From Nemertoderma westbladi (taxonomy: Eukaryota; Animalia; Xenacoelomorpha): a stretch of DNA of 64,000 bases. The DNA lies in the NCBI GenBank assembly GCA_032718475.1, contig JAUCBJ010001640.1:6842-70841 (forward strand), read 5' to 3'. The translations under genes and the position numbers were made by a program. Within the stretch, counting starts at the first letter, position 1. Each line of letters begins with the position of its first letter. This document shows, in pieces, positions 49,020 through 61,200 of the stretch. The notes under the pieces were generated by a model. The model saw nothing but the letters and a program-made list of their open reading frames with translations. It did no database searches and had not been told where the DNA came from.

Positions 49020-50461
49020 AAATAGATTTCGACCTAATACAGTAGATCATCAATAGCTCAGTTACAATAGAATTCTGTTAAATCGCATTAGGGATCCCAT
49101 TGAGAGACTGATCCATGGAAATCAGAATGGGTTCCGTAAAGGTCGTGGGACCATGGAACCCATTTTGGCACTTAGAAGGATAATTGAAGATTTATCAAAA
49201 AAGAAAGACAGGCATCTGGGTGTTATCTTTGTTGAGTTCGTCAAGGCCTTTGATTCAGTCTCTCGCTCAAGTATGTTCAGCATACTATCATTATATAGGA
49301 TTCCTGATGAAATTATTGCAGCAATCAGATCAGTATACGATGGTTCGACGACATTTGTGTCTACTGTTGATGGTGACAAAGTACCATTCGAAGTGTTATG
49401 GGGAGTCATATAGGGAGAAACACTTGTTGCACCATTCACATTCATAATTGTGGTTGACTATGTTCTACGCATGTCCTTAGATCATCACAATGATGATGGG
49501 GTGATGGTAATTCCACCTAACGGTTCCAGAAGTCGAGGAAATCCTGCCAAGTACCTAACTGATCTAGACTTTGCTGATGACTTAGGAGTACTCTCAGAAT
49601 CACTAGAGGGAGCCCTACGGCTCCTTAGAACTAGCTGCATTTAGTGTTGATCTTTTTGCTAACTCCAAAAAGACCAAAATTTTGACAGTTAACTTTGAAA
49701 GTCCTCAGCAAGTCTCTGATCGGTTGAGCATAAGCTCAAAGGATGGTATGCTAAGCATGTTGACGACTTCTGTTACCTGGGATCATGGATCCGGAAGTCA
49801 GGTAAGGACCTTCGAATACGTAAGGAAAAGGCATGGGCAGCCTTGAATAGGCTTTCCGGGATTTGGAAGTCACATAGAATTCATCGGAAACTTAACGTGC
49901 GATTAATTAGAGCAGCAATGGTTCCAGTACTCCTCTATGGGAGTCCATGCTGGGCTCTAACTGCTGAGGATACCAAATTGCTGGATGGCACATTTACAAA
50001 AAAGCTACGTCGGGTTCACGTGTGTCAAGTACAATGCACCAATCTTCAATCAGACATTATGTAAAATTGGAGGTGTCTCATTGGTTCCCCAAACTTGAAA
50101 ACTAGAACAAAGCCGCCTCCGCTTTGCAGGACATTGTTTTCGCCGGGAGGATCAGCCTGTGCAAAATCTTGTGCTTTGGCACCCCCATAGAGAAAATAAG
50201 CATGGTGGACAGCCCATGACTTCTTGAGACGCTTCCTAAAGGACACTGGCCTTGAGGATGCGAAATATCTAGCAAATGTCATGGGTGGTAGGGAGTTGTA
50301 GCGGCGCAATTTTATTGATAAGCCGGCATAGCATTCTTAATGCACGCTGCATTGGGGTTGCCAATTGTGGATTGCTGGGTGGTGGCAAAATGTTTTTGTT
50401 AAGCTGGCATAGCATCTCAATTTGCTGTTTCAATGCAGCAGGCCAGTTATAGTAGTAGTAG
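49020..50461 (+). mobile_element. RTE family A, decayed RT, long-tail variant
   Basis: NRILLNRI..NQNGFRKGR, KAFDSV, LDFADDL, YLGSWI, LLYGSPCW; (TAG)n end. Confidence 0.9.
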
Positions 50462-50464
50462 CGC

Positions 50465-50932
50465 TGTGGAGATTATTGAAGGAATTTAATCTCTCCTGCA
50501 CTTTTGACATTTGTCGACTTCAAAAAAGCATTCGACTCTATTCATAGAGGTAAAATGCTTGGAAAATCTTAGCTCTATCAAAAATGGATACCATTTGACC
50601 TGTGAAGACGAAGTTCTTTCAAGCCACAGTGGAAAGAGTACTGCCATAGGAGGTGAGACCTGGGCACTGACGAAATCACTTGAACAACGAATTGACGTTT
50701 TCTACACAAGACTACTAAAGGTAGCCCTAAACATCAGCTGTACATTAGCTCTACTTTTCTGGCAACCAACACAAGGAAAGCATATCGCGGACGACCGGCT
50801 GTAGTCCAACTAGAAAGGGATACTGAATTCGAGAGAAACAAAATTGCGACAACTATGGAGAATCGGGAAGCCTGGAAGGATCTCATTTCCGCTGGCCGAG
50901 TTCGCTCGACCTAGTAGTAGTAGTAGTAGTAG
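50465..50932 (+). mobile_element. RTE family B, multiply deleted copy with (TAG)n tail
   Basis: VDFKKAFDSIHRGKM, GETWALTKSLEQRID; 3' end matches the reverse complement of 41504-41670. Confidence 0.82.
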
Positions 50933-51039
50933 CAATCTGTTAGGGTAATTGGATAATAATAATAAGGTTAGGTGAATTAGAGTAAAACTTATGTAAATAT
51001 ATAGCAGCGAGTGGGAAAATATACGCATTGAGGAAGACG

Positions 51040-52964
51040 GGAATGTGGGAAGTTGGAAATATGTAGAGATTATGGGATGATGGGAATGTGGGGAGATGGA
51101 TGAGAATGTGGGTAGGCGGGAATGTGGGGAGATAGATGGGAATGTGGCAAGATGGGGATGTGGGAAGATGGATAGGGATCTGGGAAGGTGGATGGAAATG
51201 TGTAAAATGGATGGGAATGTGGGAAGATGGATGGGAATGTGGGGAGGTGGGAATGTGAGAAGATCGATGAGATTGTGGGTAGGCGGGAATGTGGGGAAAT
51301 AGATGGGAATGTGGCAAGATGGGGATGTGGGAAGATGGATAGGGCTCTGGGAAGGTGGATGGAAATGTGTAAAATGGATGGGGATGTGGGAAGATGGATG
51401 GGAATGTGGGGAGGTGGGAATGTGAGAAGATGGATGAGATTGTGGGTAGGCGGGAATGTGGGGAAATAGATGGGAATGTGGCAAGATGGGGATGTGGGAA
51501 GATGGATGGGGATCTGGGAAGGTGGATGGAAATGTGTAAAATGGATGGGAATGTGGGAAGATGGATGGGAATGTGGGGAGGTGGGAATGTGAGAAGATGG
51601 ATGAGATTGTGGGTAGGCGGGAATGTGGGGAAATAGATGGGAATGTGGCAAGATGGGGATGTGGGAAGATGGATGGGGATCTGGGAAGGTGGATGGAAAT
51701 GTGTAAAATGGATGGGAATGTGGGAAGATGGATGGGAATGTGGGAAGGTGGATGGGAATGTGGCAAGATGGGAATGTGGGAAGATGGATGGGAATCTGGA
51801 AAGGTGGATGGAAATGTGTAAAATGGATGGGAATGTGGGAAGATGGATGGGAATGTGGGAAGGTGGATGGGAATGTGGCAAGATGGGGATGTGGGAAGAT
51901 GGATGGGAATCTGGAAAGGTGGATGGAAATGTGTAAAATGGATGGGAATGTGGGAAGATGGATGGGAATGTGGGAAGGTGGATGGGAATGTGTAAAATGG
52001 ATGGGAATGTGGGAAGATGGATGGGAATGTGGGAAGGTGGATGGGAATGTGGCAAGATGGGGATGTGGGAAGATGGATGGGAATCTGGAAAGGTGGATGG
52101 AAATGTGTAAAATGGATGGGAATGTGGGAAGATGGATGGGAATGTGGGAAGGTGGATGGGAATGTGGCAAGATGGGGATGTGGGAAGATGGATGGAGATC
52201 TGGGAAGGTGGATGGAAATGTGTAAAATGGATGGGAATGTGGGAAGATGGATGGGAATGTGGGAAGGTGGATGGGAATGTGGCAAGATGGGGATGTGGGA
52301 AGATGGATGGGAATCTGGAAAGGTGGATGGAAATGTGTAAAATGGATGGGAATGTGGGAAGATGGATGGGAATGTGGGGAGGTGGGAATGTGGCGAGATG
52401 GATGAGAATGTGGGAAGATGGGAATGTGGGGAGATGGATGGGCATGTGGAAAGATGGATGGGAATCTTGGGTGATAGCAATATGGGAAGATGGATGGGAA
52501 TGTGGGAAGATGAATATGAATGTGGGAAGATGGGAATGTGGGAAGATAAGAAGGGAATCTAGGCGTACATGGATGGGAATCTGGGGAGATGGGATTGCGG
52601 GAAGAAGGTGGGAATGTGTGGAGTTGGGAATGTGGGAAGATAGATGGGAATGTGAGGAGTTGGGAATGTGGGAAAATGGATGGGAACGTGGGAAGATGGA
52701 TGTGAATGTGGGAGGATGGATGGGAATTTATGATGATGGGAATGTGGCGAGATGGATGGGAATGTGGGGAGTTGGAAATTTGGGAAAATGGATGGAAATG
52801 TGGGAAGATGGAATGAAATGTGGGGAAGACGGATGGGAATGTAAAAGATGGGAATGTGGCGAGATGGATCGGCATGTGGGGAGATGGATATGATTGTGGG
52901 AAGAAGGGAATGTGGGAAGATAGATGGGAATGTGGGAATATGGATGGGAATGTGGGAAGATGGA
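51040..52964. repeat. Purine-rich satellite, about 20-bp GGATGGGAATGTGGGAAGAT unit with 167- and 115-bp higher-order periods
   Basis: Direct inspection; repeated ORF starts at 51227/51394/51561 and 52017/52132 give the periods. Confidence 0.93.
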
Positions 52965-54080
52965 TACTACTACAATCATCGGCCTGCTGCCTTGAAACTG
53001 CACATTGAGATGCTATGTCAGCTTAACAAAACATTTTGTCATCACCATGCAATCAACAATTGGCAAGCCCAATGCAGCGTACATCAAAAATGCTGTGCCG
53101 GTTTATCAAGAAAATTGCACCGCCACAACTCCCTATCACCCATGACATTTGCTAGATCATCCGCATCTTCAAGGCCAGTGTCCTTTAAGATGCGTATCAA
53201 GAAAGTCATGGGCTGTCCACCATACTTATTCTTTCCATGATGCCGCCAAAGCACAAGATTATGCACTGGCTGGTCCTCACGGCGAAAGCAATGTCCTGCA
53301 AAGCGGAGGCGGCTGTGTTCTAATGTCAAGCTTGGTGAGACACCTCCAATGTTATACAATGTTTGTTGGAGATGTGTGCATTGTACTTGAGACAGTGAAC
53401 CCGGCGTAGCATTCTTTTGAATGTTCCATCCAGAGATTTGGTGCAATCAGCAGTCAGAGCCCAGCATGGACTCCCATAGAGGAGTACTGGTACTACTGCA
53501 CTTCAAAATAATCGTACCTTAAATTTCCGATGTATTCTATGTGACTTCCAAATCCTGGAAAGCCCATTCAAGGCTGCCCATGCTTTCCATTACGTATTCG
53601 AAGGTCCTCATCTGACTTCCGAATCCATGATCCCAGGTAACAGAAGTCGTCCACATGCTCAAGCATACCATCATTTGATCTTATGCTCATACGATCAGAC
53701 ATTTCCTGAGGACTTTCAAGGTTAACTGTCAAAATTTTAGTCTTCTTCGAGTTAACAAAAACACCAACACTAAATGCAGCCTGTTATAATGAGCTTAGGC
53801 CCCATTAGACTCCCTCTAGTGGTTCTGAGAGAACTAGTAAATCATCAGCAAAGTCTAGATCAGTTAGGTACTTGGTTGAATTTCCTCGACTTCTGGAGCC
53901 AGTCGGTGGAGTTACCATCACCCACATCGTCATTATGAATTATGATGATCTAAGGACATACGTTGAACATAGTCAACTACAATTGTAAATAAGAATGGTG
54001 CAAGTGTGTCACCCTGGAGGACTCCCCATAACATTTCGAATGGATTTGTGTGAAACAAGACACAAATGGCGTCGTACCTT
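52965..54080 (-). mobile_element. RTE family A, long-tail variant, inverted relative to 49020-50461
   Basis: LQGDTLAPF, LDFADDL, YLGSWI and the same extended 3' end. Confidence 0.88.
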
Positions 54081-55934
54081 TGACCCTTAGCTATTACACT
54101 TAGCTAGGATATAAATACAATCACCAAATAATAGTTTCACCTATATGTATTCGTTTCAAGTTTCGCTATCAACGTAAAGTTTACTCACCTTCAAATACCA
54201 TCTCCGTATTGTCAAAATGTTAATTTCACACACATCGCTCATATTATACTGACTGGGTTGGTGAAGAATGGGACGGATTAATATTCTGACACAACAAACC
54301 AATGCAAGAAACTACCCTTCAGGTCCCCTTTTCAACTAGATCTGGTTATTTTTGTTTCTATATAAGTCTGTTGTGATGAATTGAAAAAAACGATATGATC
54401 CAATCACAATGTTTGTCTTGTATGTGTTTAAATTTGAAAATCCCGCCAATTTGGCGTTCATGCTACTATATCACTGTAGTGACATCCTTTGATGCCTGCA
54501 TTCCCACTGTGCTGGGCGGTACAATTTACAGTAGTGCTGGTTTGGGGTTTTGTTATTTTAAACAAGTTTAGTTTCGTAGTTAGATTTATTATATTTTTTA
54601 ACATTTTACTACATACTAAAAGCTCAAATTTGGCATAGTTATTTTAATGTTTAATTTAATCTTCGGTGATGAAAAGACTGCTGGAAATATAGTATTTCAG
54701 AAGTTGACGATAGCAAAACTGCGAGGTATGTGTTCAATTATTTTGAATTTGCGCCTTGTATCGGTAGATATCCTTTTATTTTCTGTAAATAGAGGACACA
54801 GCATAGTGTAATATAAGTAATATACATAATATAATTACAATATTAATACATTACCGATGTTTAAAGAGTAGAAAATGTCTAACCTGCTCTATATTAATTT
54901 AACGCAATACGGTAGGTAGTGTGTGCTGGTGTGTGTAGGGCGTAGGGAGTGGATGGCAGGGCCTATGTTGGCAACTAGCTACCGCATTACCGGCAGGCCG
55001 ATATTGTGGTTGCCAGCTAGCTATCTAGCTCCCGGTGCACGGGCCGGCCAGTACAACCAACTCCGAGCATCCAATCACCCAAGATCGTTCTTTGTTAAAC
55101 TCAATTTCAAAGCGTTAGGCCTATTTTATTCCGTGGCTTTTCGTTGTTAATTTTTCTAGTATAAATTCAGAAATATATTAGCAATAATAACAATAACAAT
55201 GTACGTCATTGGATATATATTAGGCCTACTGTATATAATGGTAATCACATTGATTTGAGGTATGAGATTAGTGGAGAAGAGAGGAGTAATGGTTATTTTT
55301 ACTAAGGCCACTCACTAAGGGTGACACTGACACAGATAAAACTGAAAATAAGTAATAATTATTTTTTGAAGGTATCTCATAGACAGCAGACAGGCGTTGG
55401 AATTTCAATTCAAATGGGTTCAATATAAATTTATTAATATTATAAAAATTACCCTCTCGAGATTCAATTATTATAATTATCATCCTAGCTAGGTAATATT
55501 GTACTCTATAGCCGGTTTTAGTTTTCTAATCAATATTTTAAATTATAATGTAACGTTCTTTTTTTTTTTATTTTAAGGTTTGTATCTAGAATGCCTCTAT
55601 TAAGAAAGAAACCATTTGTTCCCATCAAACCCCCACCCAATCTTCACACAGAAGAGGAGGTATTCCACTGCACAATTACCAATGAAATATTTCGATGTTA
55701 CAAGTAAGTTCGTAAATTATTGTTTATTTTTCTATGAGTTTCGAGTATTAATGAAACAGGAATAGCAGAATATCCGCTTAAATGAACTAACTGACTGTTG
55801 ACACATCGATGAGGAAATGGAAATTAATATGGCGGATGCCACTGCTGTTGTAGCGCCATCTATTTTTCGTACTATTATTTTTTTAATTGTATAGTATCGT
55901 AAGCGTATTATTTGGGATTTAAGCAGCAGCTAAA

Positions 55935-56745
55935 GCAGGAGCTTGGTCTAGTGGTTACAATCCTGGGCTTCCAATCAGGAGTCCCTGGTTCGAACCATAG
56001 ATGGGGCAGCACTGCCCCATCTAGTGGAAAGGTTTACCGTGGAAAATCACCCATGGTGGAGAACAGGCATTCCTTTAGGAAACGGAGTGGAAGGGTTTAC
56101 TGTGGAAGTTCACCCAGGGTGGTGAACAGACATTCCTTTAGGAAACAGAGTGGAAGGGTTTACTGAGGAAGATCACCCATGGTGGAGAACAGGCATTCCT
56201 TTAGGAAACGGAGTGGAAGGGTTTACTGTGGAAGTTCACCCAGGGTGGTGAACAGACATTCCTTTAGGAAACAGAGTGGAAGGGTTTACTGTGGAAGATC
56301 ACCCATGGTGGTGAACAGGCATTCCTTTAGGAAACAGAGTGGAAGGGTTTACTGTGGAAGATCACCCATGGTGGTGAACAGGCATTCCTTTATGAACCAA
56401 AGTGGAAGGGTTTACTGTGGAAGATCACCCATGGTGGAGAACAGGCATTCCTTTAGGAAACGGAGTGGAAGGGTTTACTGTGGAAGTTCACCCAGGGTGG
56501 TGAACAGACATTCCTTTAGGAAACAGAGTGGAAGGGTTTACTGTGGAAGATCACCCATGGTGGTGAACAGGCATTCCTTTAGGAAACGGAGTGGAAGGGT
56601 TTACTGTGGAAGATCACCCATGGTGGTGAACAGGCATTCCTTTATGAACCAAAGTGGAAGGGTTTACTGTGGAAGATCACTCATGGTGGTGAAAAGGTAT
56701 TCCTTGGCTTAACGAGCCTAAAAAAGATTCTCCCGGATTAATTAT
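55935..56745 (+). mobile_element. tRNA-derived SINE with an internal 63-bp tandem array
   Basis: A box TGGTCTAGTGG, anticodon-loop-like CTTCCAA, B box GGTTCGAACC, 12-bp hairpin at 55998-56023, about 11 x 63-bp units, AT-rich tail. Confidence 0.7.
56024..56705. repeat. 63-bp minisatellite
   Basis: GTGGAAGGGTTTACTGTGGAAGATCACCCATGGTGGTGAACAGGCATTCCTTTAGGAAACAGA repeated. Confidence 0.95.
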
Positions 56746-56759
56746 TTTGGATTTATTAA

Positions 56760-57410
56760 ATAAACTGGTTGTTACGAATAGTAGATCTCACCAGCAGACT
56801 ACAACCGTGTACAAGTTTGTGTACAAGTTGATCCTGCTGGTGGCAATCTTAAGGCGGCATCTCTGCAGGGTGATGCTGGGCCTGGGAATTATATGTTGCC
56901 ATCTAATACACCCTCATTCCTTTTGCTTACTTCTTAAGCAATGTCGCGCAACCTGCGCAGTATCCTGGTGTATGTACCATCAAGAAGAGACCCGGTGTCT
57001 TCAGCAGTTAGAGCCCAGCATGGGTTGCCTTAGAGGGCAGATGCTCCAGTACAGCACGGAAAAGGCGTACCTTTAATGAGCATGACTTGTGGGGTGGAGT
57101 GACGATGAATTAAATATGTTATAAAATGTGATAGAACAGTATGACTATGGTCTCCATAGCGAAAACTTTCAACAAATCAAAATACATCTTTGAAGATTGA
57201 GAATTTCTCTCCATAGCGAAAAACATTTCGATATGGAGAGCATTATTATACTGTTCTATCATATTATACATATTTAATGAGCATGAGATATCACAGATCT
57301 TCCAGATCCTGAATAGCTTGTGGAATGTGGATGGCTGACCAGGCTTTCCCTTTGCGAATTCGGATATCTTCACCGACCTCTGTATCTCCATCAGTAGTGG
57401 ATACACAGGT
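56760..57410 (-). mobile_element. Old diverged RTE-A-related fragment split by a MITE
   Basis: EDIRIRKGKAWS..FHKLFRIWK, then LKVRLFRAV..PCWALTAEDT..LDGTYTRILRR. Confidence 0.7.
57115..57272. mobile_element. Small MITE with about 48-bp imperfect TIRs
   Basis: TGATAGAACAGTAT..CTCCATAGCGAAA versus TTTCGATATGGAG..ATACTGTTCTATCA. Confidence 0.7.
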
Positions 57411-57725
57411 CAATAAGCCGTGAAATTAATGCCCGATCCCCATATTTTCTAATCATTCATCCTTCCTTTATTTTTCAGTGAGTTTTTTGAGCGCGTTATC
57501 CTGTGTAACAGCATGGTATGGACATGTAGTATTACTGGGAAATCGGACCTTACCTATTCGGAAGCTCTGGACTCTGAGAAAAAGGTTTGCATCCATCATA
57601 TATTTATAATTCGCTATTAATTTAGTTTTCCTAAACACGTTTTTGTTTTCAATTGAAATACTCCGTCAGGCCCGTGTCAATGTTTCTAGTCATCAATTTT
57701 ATTTCTTGCAGAGGACTTATGACAT

Positions 57726-57970
57726 GATGTTAGGACAATTGCGACCTGGACAATTGCGACCCGGACAATTGGGACCCGGACAATTGGGACCCGGACAATT
57801 GCGACCCGGACAATTGCGACCCATGAATTTGGGAAAAGTTGATGGGTCGCAATTGACCGGGTCGCAATTGTCCGGGTCGCAATTGTCCGGGTCGCAATTG
57901 TCCGGGTCGCAATTGTCCGGGTCGCAATTGTTCGGGTCGCAATTGTCCGGGTCGCAATTGTCCGGACTCT
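57726..57970. mobile_element. Foldback/Mutator-type MITE with 9-bp TSD
   Basis: (GGACAATTGCGACCC)n, spacer, inverted array; TTATGACAT at 57717-57725 and 57971-57979. Confidence 0.88.
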
Positions 57971-58233
57971 TTATGACATATCGTTCTGTGTTCGATAAGT
58001 AAATTATTTTAGTATAAAATTTATCAACCAACATTCTATTTACATTGTAATAAATACCATAATTTTCACTACAGGCTTTAGCTAACCTAGATCGGCTTCC
58101 AAAGTCGATGATAGTCCCTCTGCTGAAGGTCGTCACACTGACCTGTCGTGGTCAATTCAGAGATTTAGAAGATGATCTGTTTTGGTTCGTCAAGGATCGA
58201 TACTTTATTGGCGAGGTCCTTGATGCTGTATAT

Positions 58234-61200
58234 GATGGGGAACGGTAAGTTTATGGGGAACGGTAAACATTTGAGTGAGTGTAGCGGTAATAATATGACT
58301 GGGAGCGGTAAGTTTATGGGGAACGGTAAGTTTATGGGGAACGGTAAATATATGAGTGAGTGTAGCGGTAATAATATGACGGGAAACGGTAAGTTTATGG
58401 GGAACGGTAAGTTTATGGGGAACGGTAAATATATGAGTGAGTGTAGCGGTAATAATATGACGGGAAACGGTAAGTTTATGGGGAACGGTAAGTTAATGGG
58501 GAACGGTAAATATATGAGTGAGTGTAGCGGTAATAATATGACGGGAAACGGTAAGTTTATGGGGAACGGTAAGTTCATGGGGAACGGTAAATATATGAGT
58601 GAGTGTAGCGTTAATAATATGACGGGAAACGGTAAGTTTATGGGGAACGGTACGTTTATGGGGAACGGTAAATATATGAGTGAGTGTAGCGGTAATAATA
58701 TGACGGGAAACGGTAAGTTTATGGGGAACGGTAAGTTAATGGGGAACGGTAAATATATGAGTGAGTGTAGCGGTAATAATATGACGGGAAACGGTAAGTT
58801 TATGGGGAACGGTAAATATATGAGTGAGTGTAGCGGTAATAATATGGCGGGAAACGGTAAGTTTATGGGGAACGGTAAGTTCATGGGGAACGGTAAATAT
58901 ATGACTGAGTGTAGCGGTAATAATGTGACGGGAAACGGTAAGTTTATGGGGAACGGTAAGTTAATGGGGAACGGTAAATATATGAGTGAGTGAGTGTAGC
59001 GGTAATAATATGGCGGGGAACGGTAAGTTTATGGGGAACGGTAAATATATGAGTGAGTGTAGCGGTAATAATATGGCGGGGAAAGGTAAGTTTATGGGGA
59101 ACGGTAAGTTTATGGGGAACGGTAAATATGAGTGAGTGTGTAGCGGTAATAATATGACGGGAAACGGTAAGTTTATGGGGAACGGTAAATATATGAGTGA
59201 GTGAGTGTAGCGGTAATAATATGGCGGGGAACGGTAAGTTTATGGGGAACGGTAAATATATGAGTGAGTGTAGCGGTAATAATATGGCGGGGAAAGGTAA
59301 GTTTATGGGGAACGGTAAGTTTATGGGGAACGGTAAATATGAGTGAGTGTGTAGCGGTAATAATATGGCGGGGAACGGTAAGTTTATGGGGAACGGTAAA
59401 TATATGAGTGAGTGTAGCGGTAATAATATGGCGGGGAACGGTAAGTTTATGGGGAACGGTAAGTTTATGGGGAACGGTAAATATATGAGTGAGTGTAGCG
59501 GTAATAATATGGCAGGGAACGGTAAGTTTATGGGGAACGGAAAGTTTATGGGGAACGGTAAGTTTATGGGGAACGGTAAGTTTATGGGGAACGGTAAATA
59601 TATGAGTGAGTGTAGCGGTAATAATATGACGGGGAACGGTAAGTTTATGGGGAACGGTAAATATATGAGTGAGTGAGTGTAGCGGTAATAATATGACTGG
59701 GAACGTAAGTTTATGGGGAACGGTAAATATATGAGTGAGTGTAGCGGTAATAATATGGCGGGGAACGGTAAGTTTATGGGGAACGGTAAATATATGAGTG
59801 AGTGTAGCGGTAATAATATGGCGGGGAACGGTAAGTTTATGGGGAACGGTAAATATATGAGTGAGTGTAGCGGTAATAATATGGCGGGGAACGGTAAGTT
59901 TATGGGGAACGGTAAATATGAGTGAGTGTAGCGGTAATAATATGGCGGGGAACGGTAAGTTTATGGGGAACGGTAAATATATGAGTGAGTGTAGCGGTAA
60001 TAATATGGCGGGGAACGGTAAGTTTATGGGGAACGGTAAGTTTATGGATAACGGTAAATATATGAGTGAGTGTAGCGGTAATAATATGACGGGGAACGGT
60101 AAATATATGAGTGAGTGTAGCGGTAATAATATGGCGGGGAACGGTAAGTTTATGGGGAACGGTAAGTTTATGGGGAACGGTAAGTTTATGGGGAACGGTA
60201 AATATGAGTGAGTGTAGCGGTAATAATATGGCGGGGAACGGTAAGTTTATGGGGAACGGTAAGTTTATAGGGAACGGTAAATATATGAGTGAGTGTAGCG
60301 GTAATAATATGGCGGGGAACGGTAAGTTTTTGGGGAACGGTAAATATATGAGTGAGTGTAGCGGTAATAATATGGCGGGGAACGGTAAGTTTATGGGGAA
60401 CGGTAAATATGAGTGAGTGTAGCGGTAATAATATGGCGGGGAACGGTAAGTTTATGGGGAACGGTAAGTTTATGGAGAACGGTAAATATGAGTGAGTGTA
60501 GCGGTAATAATATGGCGGGGAACGGTAAGTTTATGGGGAACGGTAAGTTTATGGAGAACGGTAAATATATGAGTGAGTGTAGCGGTAATAATATGACGGG
60601 GAACGGTAAGTTTATGGGGAACGGTAAATATATGAGTGAGTGTAGCGGTAATAATATGGCGGGGAACGGTAAGTTTATGGGGAACGGTAAGTTTATAGGG
60701 AACGGTAAATATATGAGTGAGTGTAGCGGTAATAATATGGCGGGGAACGGTAAGTTTTTGGGGAACGGTAAATATATGAGTGAGTGTAGCGGTAATAATA
60801 TGGCGGGGAACGGTAAGTTTATGGGGAACGGTAAATATGAGTGAGTGTAGCGGTAATAATATGGCTGGGAACGGTAAGTTTATGGGGAACGCTAAGTTTA
60901 TGGAGAACGGTAAATATATGAGTGAGTGTAGCGGTAATAATATAACGGGGAACGGTAAGTTTATGGGGAACGGTAAGTTTATGGATAACGGTAAATATAT
61001 GAGTGAGTGTAGCGGTAATAATATGACGGGGAACGGTAAATATATGAGTGAGTGTAGCGGTAATAATATGGCGGGGAACGGTAAGTTTATGGGGAACGGT
61101 AAGTTTATGGGGAACGGTAAATATGAGTGAGTGTAGCGGTAATAATATGGCGGGGAACGGTAAGTTTATGGGGAACGGTAAGTTTATAGGGAACGGTAAA

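Noticed and set aside
50810-52893. 500-600-aa His/Pro-rich and Trp/Gly-rich ORFs
   Set aside because: All three minus frames are open because the satellite lacks stop codons; not protein-coding evidence.
57643-58136. Pentapeptide-repeat ORFs (GQLRP, NCDPD)
   Set aside because: Translation of 15-bp foldback MITE arms bounded by a TSD.
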